Assembly: GCA_051294375.1 (NCBI GenBank)
Contig: CM119263.1
Span: 8,870,908 to 8,934,907, forward strand
Length of the DNA: 64,000 nt
Reading direction: 5' to 3'
Origin: Paraspadella gotoi
Lineage: Eukaryota > Animalia > Chaetognatha
The number at the start of each line of letters is the position of its first letter. The stretch's first letter is position 1. The translations under genes and the position numbers were made by a program. This document shows positions 36,040 through 49,587 of this stretch, piece by piece. The notes beneath the pieces are model-generated. The model saw only the letters and a list, made by a program, of their open reading frames with translations, was not told where the DNA came from and did no database searches.

Positions 36040-38900
36040 TCAGCCGAGAGCTAGCCCAGCATAGCCGAGCCAGGCGACAATATCATAAACCTTGATCGCG
36101 CAAATAAAGGAGCGAAAATCAGGACGACCGGTGAGGAGGTCAAAGAGGGGGACTACCGTAAAGGAAGGGTCTCGAAAAAGAGCACCGCGATCTCGAAACC
36201 AAAGTGCTAGCTGCTATATATAGAGAGAACACGTCGATTAGTTCAGATCGTCGAGCATTGGATGGCGACGTCGGCCGATGGTTCTGCCTTGTCGCCCAAA
36301 GTCGCTGCCCTGCGGACAAAGAGTCTTCACACTACTTGGAGCCGACTAAGAGTCAGCGGGGCAAACGTCCAAAAAGCTGAACTATGTAAAAAAAAAGTAA
36401 CGGACATGTGTGTGTTCCGTACTTACGTCTCAAATCGTCATATGCAAAGATTGATTCGCCAAAGGTTGGTCAAGGAACCTAGAAAAGGCAGAGAAAGGAG
36501 TGTATAGCCATTAGAGAGAGAGAGAAAAAAACGAGAATCACGGCGAAGATTGTACAATAGACAAAGGGAGGAGATGAAGAGAAGCAAGACGGATGGTGGA
36601 TGAAAGACGGATGAGCTTGAAAGATAAAATTGAAAAGAATCGAAAGAGAACCGAAAGAAAAGAAATTAAGGAAGGTTGAGAGAGAAAAGGGCCATAGGAG
36701 AATGGGAGATAGGGAATTCAGACGTAAAAACGAAAGCGAGAAAGGAAGAGTAGCGGAGAGATTTTGAAAGGCTGGCGAAGTCATAAAAAGTAGAGAGGCA
36801 GATGGGAAAGTGGTCGCACGACGGACGAAGCAGTAATCAACGAAGGAGTCATATGGAGTGGATCGGACCGCAACTGAGGATCGCCCGACCGCCATGGATT
36901 TCCTAACAAAGGAAGCCTTCTGGCCGGGAAAGACGAATGGAAGTGCGCTCAGATCCCAATTACACCCGCCCGCGGTGATGAAAGAAACCGATAAAGACAG
37001 CTGACGGCTGTTTGACGTGAGAGAAGCTGTTCACGTGCTGTCTGCAGCAAGAAGTTGCTGCAAAGAAGATGCTGCTGAAGACCGCTGCTGCTGAAGCATC
37101 TGCGGGTTGAAAAGCGCTGCTGTAGAAAGGACGTTACGGCTAAAGAAAGTGCTGGCTAAGAAGTCGCTGCTGAAGAATTGTGAAAAAGAGATTTGCTGCT
37201 GACATGGACAGAAGTTGCTTGGCAAGGAACAGTGGTTTTCAAAATGGACGTTTTGACGGAAAAAAAAAAGAAAAAAAAGATTGGAGGAAAAACGTTTGGG
37301 AAAGAGGGGTGCAGAAAAGAGTTGCGAAAGAAAAAAGTTTGCGGGGGGTTAAAAAGGGATGCGGAAAAAAGTGTGGAAAAGTTTTGTGGGAAAAGGAAAA
37401 CACTGTGCTCAAAAGGAGGAACTTGGAGGGAAGGAGACGATCAATCGGCCCACCCATCCGCCTGTTAATCGGGAAGAGCGTTGTGGAGAAATGCTTTGAA
37501 ATGCCATTTGCTGTTGAAACGCCGAATTGCTGGCATTGCTGGGCGTGCTATCGATTTGTGTGGAGGAGAAATTTTGCAATCATCCCTTGAGCTTAATCTT
37601 CAACGTTAGATTGAGTGTGAGATGGTTGCTTCTACAACTCAATCTCATGGGACATTCCTGTCTGTGTCCAGCATATAACAAGGGCAGTTCACAGGATGAA
37701 GAGCGCTCAGGTGGGGGAGACCTCCACCCGCTGCTTTCATTGTTATAATTTCTATAAATCCTCGTATGAAAATAAGGAGATTCAATAAGGATGGCAAATG
37801 GTATTAGATTACGGTCTTATGACACTACGGTTGGACTCCAACTTGTAGTGCAAGTATCACGAACTCTCTCACTACAGCTGTGTAATCGCCTCTTTCGTAC
37901 TTTGTGAGAAAAGAAGAAAAAGTAATGACGAGTTGTAAATCCGAGAACAATTGATTAATTACATTGACGTGGCGGCTTACAAGAAGTCTTCATGAAAATA
38001 TGAAAAACTAAAAGAAAAAAAAGAAAAAAAATTTTACAAAAAATCTGGCTAGCTCTGGTCTCACATTTCCAAACTGCTAATATTGATAAAAATATTAGCA
38101 TATCGATCTATGATGCTCGCTGCTAAAGAGACAGCGAAAAAAGACGAGGAAGGAGGAAGATCCTTTAACTTACTCGCTTGGAAGCAGCTGACAAGTTCGA
38201 GTGGAGGGGTAGAAACTAAATATTTTCGTTTTGACGACCCTCACATTCAAGGAGGGATTAAGGTGTTGTTAGAAGAAATATATCCTGGACGCGAAGTGAT
38301 AAGGATAAACTCTGGAATTGTTTAAAATGTTAACGAACACTTCAACCAGAAGGAGGGCTTGAATGTCTCGATATATGAGCCCATGGACATTGAGTTGGGC
38401 GTTGATGAGGACCCTGATGAGAGGAAAAGTAAAGGTCTTTGGCCTCAGAAACGGACGGGATGACAACAGCACAGTGAGTTGGTTGTCTAAGAACAAATCA
38501 ACATTCTTTATTAAAAAGTGTTGTGGACCAGGTTGACCTTTGTACTTTATAAAGAGAAGTTAAAAGACTTGAGTGAGGAAGCAATAGAGACACAAAGATT
38601 AGACAGAAATAGATGAGGGCTTGTATTGTAGATTTGTCTTATCTCGTTGGTGCCCCAGCAGATAGAGATCAGCCTGAAATTAACACAAAGAGTTTTCAAA
38701 AGACGGGGAAGAAAGTTACTAGGGGGAAAGTTGAAGGAGCGGTTGAAACAAGTTTTTGAAAAAGAGCCGTGTGGAAACTGATGGTGGAGGCAGATTTTTT
38801 GAAGGACAGAATTATTGTCAAATGTTGAATCGTCTCTTGAATACCATGGTATAAGTGATTTATAACTAAACAGAATTGAATTGAATCTTCGTGAAAAAAC
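36040..38900 (+). mobile_element. Highly degraded inverted copy of the LTR element's gag region
   Basis: Colinear with the reverse complement of ~300-2600: gaagttgctgc...gctgctgaaga repeats (37020-37400), attacggtcttatgacactacggtt (37808), tgtggaccaggttgaccttt (38522). Confidence 0.75.
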
Positions 38901-39959
38901 GAGAGAAATTTCAAAAAGAAGAAGATGTGAGGCTGGTTGGCAGACAGTGGTGATCGTTGTTCTGCACCCGAAACGAGTGCGACCTAACTGTTTCTGTGGA
39001 GACCCGCATTGCACGAGAGGTGACACCGCGCAGGACAAATGATCGACGCAAAAGCGAGAAAGACAATCGATCAATCCGGGGGGGGCCCGATGAACGCCAC
39101 GAGCGGGGAGGCCAGATGGAAGCAGCGGGGGCGGGGCGGGGTGCGAGGTGGGCGGAATGGGGAGACGACGCCGGTTGGCCAGCAACAAGATGCGTCAGAA
39201 CAGGTGGCGAAAAGATACGACGCTGCGCGCGCTGGACAGACGCAGATCGACGCCGTTTGTCGGGTGTGGCTTTGTTGGCGCTTCGGGCGATGCCGACCTC
39301 ACGGATCCGACGGGGCGGGAGTTTGGCGCCTCATCAAATTTTGGAGCCAACTGAGGTTGGGGCTGGGCGCTGGGGGTCCAAAGGCAATGCTGAGAGCCTC
39401 GTCAGCGTTAAGCTTCAATGGGCGGGTCCGGTCAAGCGGAAGGCCGAAACTCCATGGGGATAAAAAACTCGGGAGTTGCATGCTGAGTGGACGGAAATTG
39501 CAGCGGCCTCTACTGCGCACAGGACGAAGAGCAGCGCGCACAGGTGTGGACACCGCCTCTGCGTATTTAGTGTCCGTTGTGTGAGGTAGCGAGAAGGGGG
39601 AGTGTATAAGAAAGAGGTTCGAGGAGGGTTCTGCGCGTAATCTGGCGCTCCTACAACGGGTGAAAAGCAATGATGCTTGCCTTTAGCTTCTTCAAGGATT
39701 TTAGAAAAGGTTGGATTACTGAGTTTGAACGCGCCAGGAATTCAAACGCTTGCGCAGATTAATAATGTTTTTCAACACTCCCCGGGGGAAGAATGGCCAC
39801 TTACAAGTATGTATGACCGATGAACTTATGAGAAATTATGATTTGGTTATGTTGATTATGTTACTGAAGTTTTAACCTCTTACACTACCAATTTTCACCG
39901 GTTGATCAACACATGGGGGTTTGGAGGTCAGGGAAATTCTAGAATAGCTGCAGGCAATG

Positions 39960-41142
39960 AAGACAATACTAAATAGAACAGGATAATAGAAGACAAGTAA
40001 AGAAAATGAACCGAAAGCTCGTATCGTTGTTCACTTCCGGATTACTGATCTGATTTAATTAGCATCGCATTTTTATTGAATATTTTTTGATGTAAAATAT
40101 ACAAAACTATTTTTAGGCAACCGTTCTTTCTCAACCTGATGGGAGAGAGATCGTGTTTCGGGGCGAAAATGGTCTTTGTTGCAGAAAAAGGCGGAGGAGA
40201 AAAAGAAAAAGTAATCCGTGAGATTAAGAAAAGTAAACAATTACAAGTAATTAAGAAAAGAAGAATTATAAAAACAAAGGGGAAAAAAGAGATGAAAATA
40301 AGAAAGCATGAGCCAAATGTAGGGAAAAAGGAAAGAAAGGGACGGACGGAGAGAAAGAGAGAGAGAAGGCAAGGCAGATGGGAGATGAGAGAGACGATAA
40401 AAATATAGAGAGTGAATCACAGAAAGAGAAAAAAAGCAATTAAATTTTAAAAAAGACAATATTTAAAAAAACATAAAAGAATCAAAGGAAAGACAGACGT
40501 GAGATAAAAGAAAATATTACCCCAAAAAGCAAGGAGCAAAATTACAATATAAAAAAGAAAGTTACCTTCAATGAAAGAAGTTCGAGACGAATAAAGATTA
40601 TTGAATTATATGAAAAACAAAGTAGAGTGGAAGAGATAAAGGAGAAAAAACGATCTTCCAAAGGTTTTGACTATTTGCAGTTTGCTGCACGGGAAAATCT
40701 TTCTCGTTAACGAAAACAACAAGATAGTACTGTTAAGTTTTGTCAAAGTAGTACTGGTAGTTTTTTTGTCATTAGGATCGTCTGCTACTATTTGACCCTA
40801 AATCAATTCAGTTACTATACAGTCTCTGACGTTTCATTAATCTCTTAAACTCTTCGGTCCTCTCATTTTCTCTCTTACTCTCTCTCTCTCCTCTCTGCTC
40901 GCCTCTCTCCTCTTTTACCAAAGGGGGAAAAATTATGCATAAAAATTGTAAATGGAAAAGATTTTCATTGCGTAAATGATGAATGCCTAACCAATTCGAG
41001 ACTAAATGCTAATTGAAAGTTAGCTTTATGCCTATTGGTTTTGTTATTTTGTGCCCTAAAGCCCCATTGAATAACATTCAGAAAATTCAAATTCCTCTTC
41101 CTTGGTTTTGTCTCCCGCTCGCTCTCCTCTACTTCTCTCTCT

Positions 41143-41205
<63 letters not shown>

Positions 41206-42275
41206 CTCTCTCAGTGACTCCTGTTTTAAACTAATAAATAAAAAAGCACTTCTCTCCGCTTGCAGAATGAGAGGGTTCAAGACTGACCTATCAATGACGA
41301 CCTTGACACGGAGGTCTATTTCTCTCTCCTACTCTCTCTCTCTCTTCTCTCTCTCTCTGCCTTTCCATCTTATTTTCTTCACTTTTCCCCTATCGACACA
41401 TGAGCGGAAACCTAATTCGTTTGGACCGATTTCGCAACCCAAAGGGTTCAGACAGTGGAATGATTGCTGAAATCACCCCAGAATTAACCTGATGACTGGA
41501 GACAAACCCCATGGCTGGTTTCTCGGGTTTTTGTTTTTTATTCTTATCATATATTTAATTTATTATTTATTTCTTGTTTATTTGTTTTTTTTTTCTTTCT
41601 TTTCTTTCTTTCCTTTCTTTCTTTCTTCTTCTTCTTTTTTCTTTCTTTCTTTTCTTCTTCTTTCTTTCTTTCTTTCTTTTTTTTTCTTCTTTTCTTTTTT
41701 TCTTTCTTCTCTTTACTTTCTTTCATTGACCATTCTTAAACAAAACAAGAAAGAAAGAAAAGAAAGAAAGAAAGGAAAGAAAGAAAGAAAGACGAGAGAG
41801 GAGAGGTAGAGAGGAGAGAGAGAGAAGCGAGGAAGAGGAGAGAGAGAGAGAGGAGAGAGAGAAAGGGGAGAAGAGGAGAAGAGAGAGAGAAAGAGAGAGA
41901 GAGAGGAGGAGGGAGAGAAGAGACGGAGGAGGAGAGAGAGACGGAGGTGAGAGAGGAAGAGAGAGAGAGAAGACGAGAGGAGAAAAAGAAAAGAAAGATA
42001 GTTGTTGTTTTTGGACTCCGCCCAAAATTCGTCGTGTAAAAAGTTCCGAGAGCCGAACGTAATGGAGAGCGAGCGGAGGAGAGAGAGAAGAGGATTGCGT
42101 TTTAAAAGGTCCACGCGGGGGAAACATTGGCGATGGATATTCGTTTATTTCCGGGGGAGAGGAGAGAGAGGAGAGAGAAGAGATAGAGAGAGAGAAGATA
42201 GAGACGGAGAGAGGAGAGGAGAGTTAATAAAAGAATTTGGCCGTTGTGGTGTTGGACCTCGCCATCCGTGGGAGT
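39960..42275 (+). repeat. Noisy copy of ~31210-32000 continuing into sequence shared with ~23470-25350
   Basis: Anchors tagcatcgc, aagacaatatttaaaa, cttccaaagg, ttgaccatt, gatggatattcgtttatttccg and gacctc(c)gccatc. Confidence 0.8.
40915..41095 (+). mobile_element. 3' end of the same LINE/SINE-like repeat, embedded in (CT)n
   Basis: tgtgcc(c)taaagccccattgaataa...ttcaaattc; (CT)n on both sides. Confidence 0.5.
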
Positions 42276-42399
42276 TCCGTGGAGGACGAATGTACGACCA
42301 CGGGGATTAAGCGTGAAGACGGGACGACGGATCGACGGACGACGACGACCAACGATGTGAAGCCTCGACAAAAAGCTTTGTAATGATGATTCTTTTAAT

Positions 42400-42458
42400 C
42401 AATTTATTATATATATTATTTATTATTATTATTATTATTATATTATTATATTATTACC

Positions 42459-42511
<53 letters not shown>

Positions 42512-42990
42512 TTATTATTATTATATTATTATTATTATTATTATTTTATTATTATTATTATATTATAATTATCTATTATATTATTTATTATGAGGAATTG
42601 ATGATTCATGGACGGATAGTGATTAATTTTGATGGATTGAGATTGATTGATGATATGTGATGATGATTTGATGATAGATGATGATGAATTTCTGAGATGA
42701 TGATATAAAGGGAATATGAATTTTTTCTATATAGATTTAGGACAAAGATGGATACATGAAATTCACAAAAAAATGGGGTACATTAATTAGGCATTGATTC
42801 AAAGCAATTTTATAATGGATTGTAATTATTTGGAATGATGTTGATGATGATCTTTTGATGATGATGATGGATGATTTGAATTGATGATGATTGGATGCGT
42901 GATGAATTGATGGATGTTGATGATTGAATGTTGGACGATGATTGATGATTTATGGATAATGACTTGTTACTATGACGTTTGATGAAGGAT
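42400..42990. repeat. (ATT)n microsatellite followed by degenerate (GAT)n
   Basis: Directly visible. Confidence 0.9.
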
Positions 42991-43182
42991 GGACAGAGAG
43001 GAAAAAGAGCAATTTCCTAGGGAACGCGTCAATGATGAAGGACGACCAACGAACGTCCGCCGCGCGGCGGGCGGCGGCGGCCCCGGCCCCGTCCGCAACG
43101 AAAGCTGCTCAGGCGGCAGAAAAGAAAAAATTCTCCGCCTCGAATGCCAAATGATCAGACCTGAATTCTCGATATATCTTCG

Positions 43183-44870
43183 CTTTAAAACGCTTTCGCA
43201 AGAGCACGAACGAAAAATCGATTAGCCAATGCCTCGGGTAATTACAGGCATTTTGCTGAAAATTGTCCGAGTGAGATAAAAATAAACTTTTCACGAGTTG
43301 GCTGATGATGATGCTTTGGCTATTCTGTACCGATATGACGGTATGTATTGACGTATTTGACGGTATTAATTTTTGAAAATCATGGTCAACACATTAAACA
43401 GTACCTAGAAATTTAACTTTCAGACGTTATATTCATGTTTAAAATAAAAAAAAAAAAATAAATACGGGGTTAATCAGGTCAATTCGTTTAGCCTAAATTA
43501 ACACCAATTAAATACAGTTTAATAATATAACGAACTTAATTTCATTAAAGATTATATTGACGCTAAAACAAAACCGACGTACAAACGCGCATGAATATAC
43601 AAAAAACGTTATGAAATAGGACCAAGCATTAAGATAAAATGGGCATTTTGGAAAATATTAACAGAAGGTCTATAACGAGGCGGGGGTCTCAAAAGGAGCG
43701 AAGAATTTATCGCCGAGTGTATTACTGGAATTGAAATGTGGAGAAAATCTGGGGGGTGGCTGGGCGGGATCGGGTCGGGAGGGGTAAGAGGGGAGGGGAA
43801 GGCGGAAGAATGTAATCAAGTAAGAAACGTGTGAAGAGACTGTTAATTATTGTTAGTGAGGACAGAAAAGCCGTTCTATTATTTTATAAGCAGTCTCTGA
43901 GCTTTCGGATCAGGCTTGTAACAATGGTGTTATCACGGGGTGGGGTTTAAGGGCCCCGTCCCTCTCTAACTCTAGGTGCCCTGCGTAGCTGAACTCCGGA
44001 CCTTTGGGTTTGGGGAGGGCCGAATGACTTTGCCTCCGACTCCAATGTCCACTGAGAACGGTTGTGGATTTTTAGTCCACCATACGTGTGGATGTTAAAA
44101 AGATTACATATATATTCAGGAATTTAATTTGAGTTTTCATTTTTATTTCATCAGTCGTTAAGAAAAAAAATGAATCCACCAAGAAATACAGAGAAAGAAT
44201 AACTGGTGGCTAGTTAAAGAGCAAAAAATAAACCAGTTTCAAGTGANNNNNNNNNNNNNNNNNNNNNNNNNATATTTTATATATATATTATATATTATTA
44301 TATTATATTATATTCCTTAAAACGCTTTCGCAAGAGCTACGAACGAAAAATGGATTAGCCAATGCCTCGGGTAATTACAGGGCATTTTGCTGAAAATTGT
44401 CCGAGTGAGATAAAAATAAACTTTCACGAGTTTGGCTGATGATGATGCTTTGAGTATATTCTGTCCGGTATTGACGGTATGTATTGACGGTATTTGACGG
44501 TATTAATTTTTGAAAATCATGGTCAACGATTAAACAGTACCTAGAAATTTAAACTTTCAGACGTTGATATTCATGTTTAAAAGTAAAAAAAAAAATAAAT
44601 ACGGGGTTAATCAGGTCAATTCGTTTAGCCTAAATAACACCAATTTAATACAGTTTATATATAAACGAATTAAATCATTAAAGATTATTGACGCTAAAAC
44701 AAAACCGACGTACAAAGCGCTATGAATATACAAAAAACGTTTATGATAGATAAATTAAGATAAAATGGCATTGAATATACACGAGGCAAACGAGGCGGGG
44801 CTCAAAAAGCGCAGATGATTCATCCGAGTGATTTACATTGGAATCTTGAATGTGGATAATGTGGGGCGGG
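43183..44870 (+). repeat. Direct duplication 43183-43760 / 44317-44870 around a 25-N gap
   Basis: Both start ttaaaacgctttcgcaagagc and differ mostly by 1-bp indels. Confidence 0.9.
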
Positions 44871-45427
44871 TTTCATAGGATATTTTGATTTTCCGTAGAT
44901 TTCCTAATGAGAAGAATGGTCAGCTGGTCAGTATGTACGGAGTTTAATCGGAAATAATGGCTATGCGGTGAAAAACGAATAGAATAGCAAGATAGCTTAT
45001 ATCGGATATCGTATGACTTTTATAGAGGGGAGAGTGGCGAGATTAGATTTAAAATTACGAATCGATGATAAGAGTTCATAAATACATTAAAGATAGTCCT
45101 TGGAAGATTATATAAGGAAATAAAACGAACTAAAGTATCAAGTTGACAGATCAAACCTAAGATTATATACATTTTTATCGATTACAAAAGAGAGCTTTTT
45201 TACAATTCAGGTAGAAAAGCTGCTGAATGGAAAAGAAAGGACACTCGAGCTGAATTTATGGAGAAAGTAAAAAAAAAATTAAATGGTATTAAAAAAGTTT
45301 AAAAAAAGGGAAACGGGAGTAGAAAAGGAAAGGTTTTTCAGGAGGCAGGCAGATGCGAAAGTTAGAGGAAAATGGAGAGGGAAAATGCGAAGAGAGAGAG
45401 AGACAGAGAGGAAAAGGAAAAAGAGAA

Positions 45428-45429
<2 letters not shown>

Positions 45430-45526
<97 letters not shown>

Positions 45527-45570
45527 TGAGAGTGAGAGAAAGAGAAAAAGAAAAGATAGAGAGAGAGATG
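45430..45570. repeat. (AG)n microsatellite
   Basis: Directly visible. Confidence 0.95.
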
Positions 45571-47510
45571 AATGAAATCCTTTTCAATCATCTTCTGCTC
45601 AGCCACGCAGACTAGACTCTCTTATAAACCAAACCTTTCCTTCCCTTCTCGTCTTTCTTTTCCTTTTTTTTTTTCAATTTTTCTTATTTTTAGCTTTTTT
45701 ATACATATTTTTTTTCCCTTTCGACGTTTTATATCTTTCGTTATTTCNNNNNNNNNNNNNNNNNNNNNNNNNNNNNNNNNNNNNNNNNNNNNNNNNNNNN
45801 NNNNNNNNNNNNNNNNNNNNNNNNNNNNNNNNNNNNNNNNNNNNNNNNNNNNNNNNNNNNNNNNNNNNNNNNNNNNNNNNNNNNNNNNNNNNNNNNNNNN
45901 NNNNNNNNNNNNNNNNNNNNNNNNNNNNNNNNNNNNNNNNNNNNNNNNNNNNNNNNNNNNNNNNNNNNNNNNNNNNNNNNNNNNNNNNNNNNNNNNNNNN
46001 NNNNNNNNNNNNNNNNNNNNNNNNNNNNNNNNNNNNNAATCTTCATAACCTCGTCTCTTTCAATCTTCGTTAATTTCTACGGAAAAAAAAAATCGGATCC
46101 CAGTTTCATCCAAATCTATTCCCCATTAAACATTTTTTTTAAAAATTCAATAAAAAAAACAAAAACAAAAAAAACAATTTTCTCCGGCAAAAATGATTCC
46201 TCAATTTTAATTTGATTATATGGTAATAATACGGTTTGTATAATACGTTATGTTTTGTTTTGCCCTCCAGGATGAGATGTTTTTTTCCTTCTTTTGTGTT
46301 TTTCGGAAGTTGATAGAATAGGATAGTAAAAGAGAAAATCNNNNNNNNNNNNNNNNNNNNNNNNNNNNNNNNNNNNNNNNNNNNNNNNNNNNNNNNNNNN
46401 NNNNNNNNNNNNNNNNNNNNNNNNNNNNNNNNNNNNNNNNNNNNNNNNNNNNNNNNNNNNNNNNNNNNNNNNNNNNNNNNNNNNNNNNNNNNNNNNNNNN
46501 NNNNNNNNNNNNNNNNNNNNNNNNNNNNNNNNNNNNNNNNNNNNNNNNNNNNNNNNNNNNNNNNNNNNNNNNNNNNNNNNNNNNNNNNNNNNNNNNNNNN
46601 NNNNNNNNNNNNNNNNNNNNNNNNNNNNNNNNNNNNNNNNNNNNNNNNNNNNNNNNNNNAAAAAAAAAAAACAATCGAAAAGAAGAAAGGAAAATGGGAG
46701 GGCACGTAAATAAAGGGGAAATGCTCTTTTGTCTCGCGACTCGCGGGAGAAAAATCGACGCTCGCGCCTCCATTGGATTTTCTTGGGTTTAGATAAGAAA
46801 AAAAAACACAAGAAAAAAAAATAGCAAAAGATTTACGGTTGAAAGAAAAAAACCGGAAGCCAAATCCTTCTTCGTTTTTTTGGGAGGCGAGTTTTTCTCA
46901 CTTTATCCCCATTTCGAGTTTTTTTTTTTTTGTGGTTTGTTTTCTTTTTTTTCTTTTTTAAGAATAGGGGGGGGGAAGTAAAGAGTTTTAGTCGAATTCT
47001 CTTTGGGAGAGGCTAAAGATTTTGTTAAACGTCTTTTTCATTGGGGGATAAAATTTTAAGTTAGTTATTCAGTTTTCTTTTGTCGCTGTCTAAAAATTAC
47101 GTTCGATGTCAGTTCACAGTAATAATTGAGACAAACGCCAGTTTTTAAATGTTGGACAAAATGGCTTTCACTGAAATGTTGTCTTTGTAATTACATTAAT
47201 GAGCTGAAAGTCCATTTTTGTAAATCAATCACGCAAAAAACATAATCAATAAAAACGGACAAATAAACGATCTCTCTTCGTCTCTCACATTCTATCTTTT
47301 GGTCAGCCTCCACATCGCGAGTGATTGACGTCTGAAATAAATTTTTTTACTTTTTTTTTGTTTTTTTTCCCCAATTCCCCCAGGCCTTNNNNNNNNNNNN
47401 NNNNNNNNNNNNNNNNNNNNNNNNNNNNNNNNNNNNNNNNNNNNNNNNNNNNNNNNNNNNNNNNNNNNNNNNNNNNNNNNNNNNNNNNNNNNNNNNNNNN
47501 NNNNNNNNNN

Positions 47511-47611
47511 TGCCTAAATTCGTAGACTTAAATGTAATGAAGTAGCTTTTAATGGCCTATTATTTTTATTTTGTGCCTAAAGCCCCATTGAATAAATTCA
47601 AAATTCAAATT
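47511..47611 (+). mobile_element. Independent copy of the AATAAA(TTCAAA)n-tailed repeat
   Basis: Same 3' end as 33610-33762, with a different unique sequence beyond the downstream (CT)n. Confidence 0.55.
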
Positions 47612-48380
47612 CTCTCTCCCTCTCTCTCTCTCTCTCTCTCCTCCAGCATCCCTCCCTCTCCATCTTCACGACATCAGCTGGACTAAAAGTCTTAATGCCA
47701 TCGACGTCATTGGCCTCAAAAAAAAATCCTTGATGGTTCCAGACGATTGAGGGCGAGAATGCAAAACCTTGAAAAACCTTCAAGGTCGAATGAAAAAAAA
47801 TATTCAATCCGTTGGAATGTTTTATAAACCTCCCCTTATTTTAAAATCTTCCCAATTTTATGTTTAAGTTTTCTCTGCCCCTTTCCTAAATTCTAAATGA
47901 TTCATGGAGCTTTCGTCATCTGCAGTCGGCCGACGAAAAAAAAAAACACTTGTTCCCAGAATTTTAAAGTGAGAAGACTGAGGTTGACATTCGAAAGAAG
48001 GAGAAGAAGTTCGAAAGAGTAAAAAGCAAAATGCGAAAGAGAAGGAAAGAAAAGGCAACAATGAGAACTAATGAAGAGAGACCATTTCAGTCTTGAGATT
48101 AAAGATGGCGTGAAAAAGAGATGCATGACCTCGATGTGGTTAAAGCGTAGAGATGGCGATCGGCAATCACTATTCATTTTCTTCAGCCTGCTTCTTTGAA
48201 TACGAAATTAAAAATAATATACATGAAATATATTTACTTGAGAAAGGTTAACAAATTTTTTCCCCCTTATTCTCCCCTAATTTTTATTTAAAAAAAAAAG
48301 AAGAAATATGTTGTGAGAAAGAAAAACCTCAGTCACTGCAAAGTTGTTAATTTGCGGAAAAATATTGGATCTCCCTTTAG

Positions 48381-48464
48381 GCCCGAGGCGTTGATGACTT
48401 CGACGAACGCGACGACGAAGAAAAAAACGTGAAAAACGTCAGCGAAGACGAAATCGATGTTTGA
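48381..48464 (+). CDS. Possible terminal coding exon (ARGVDDFDERDDEEKNVKNVSEDEIDV*)
   Basis: Acceptor ctccctttag, acidic protein-like frame, stop codon. No upstream exon linked. Confidence 0.25.
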   Translation, partial: ARGVDDFDERDDEEKNVKNVSEDEIDV

Positions 48465-48914
48465 CCTCGAGGATCGACGCGAGCGTCACGTGCAACGCGT
48501 GCACCGCATGCACCGCGCGCGCAGCTGGCGTGAATCAGGATTGTAAAGCAGAGTGGAGTCATAAAACAAGCTCCGTCGGGTCAGGCCGTTTCCGAATATA
48601 ATTGACTCTAATAGTGGAAAGAGAGAGAGAGAGAGAGAGAGAGAGGGTCCGATAGGGGGAGAATATAGATGGGAGAGTATGAGAGAAGACGAGAGGCGTG
48701 AAAAGGGGAATATCCGCCCAAGTGAGACGCGGAACCATTCATAAAATTGTCGGACTCAGTCTCGGTCTCAGACTTGGGGAAAGACGAATCAAAGTCACAT
48801 TTTAGAATCGTCGATCATTTGCCCTTTTTTTCCGAAAGTGACAAACTTCAGCTGAAATTCATAATTAAGTTGTTTTTTTTTCACGTGAGGTCAAAAAAAT
48901 TGATTTTTCTCCCC

Positions 48915-49085
48915 TTAAGTTAGGTATTAGGGATTCAGATAAAGGATATGGCTAAAGTTTTAGTAACAGATTAAGATTAAGGATTGTGGTTTAAACTTAG
49001 GGTTATGAATTAAGGGATAAGAACTAAGGATTAGGCTTAAAGCTTAAGTTTAAGGATTAGGATTAAAGATTAGATTAAATATTTG
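48915..49085 (+). repeat. Degenerate TTAGGG/TTAAGG hexamer array
   Basis: 6-bp periodic ttaagg/ttaggg/ttagga. Confidence 0.7.
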
Positions 49086-49521
49086 AAAATAGATTGAGAA
49101 TAAATTAATTTTACGGAGGGGAAACAGAAATAGAATGAGGATATTTTTTTTTGCCAACTTAATTTTGGCGACTCGAGAAACGACGAAGTCACTTCAGCAT
49201 ATGTCGTTAGAAATTACGGAGGAGCGAGTTACCGTTTTCGAATGAGTCTCCCGACGGCGGAAAAGGGAAACACTGAACTGAGTGACCTTGACGACATCGT
49301 TGACGCATCCCTACTGATTAGTGGCTTGAAGAAGATGAAGTCAAAACGTCGAATGGCGTTGAGGCTGGAACGATTTAAAACTTAAAACTTCTTTAAAGAA
49401 AAAAAAAATTGTTCAAAGGTCGTACAATTGTTAATCGCTTCCAAGAGTTATTTTTATCATCCAACGTTTTTCGAGTTTATAGAGAAAAGACGAAAGAGAG
49501 AGAGAGGAAAGTGAGAGAGAG

Positions 49522-49587
<66 letters not shown>

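Noticed and set aside
48440-48464. SEDEIDV as a Myc-box or homeoprotein acidic motif
   Set aside because: Too short and generic; no bHLH or homeodomain exon found nearby.
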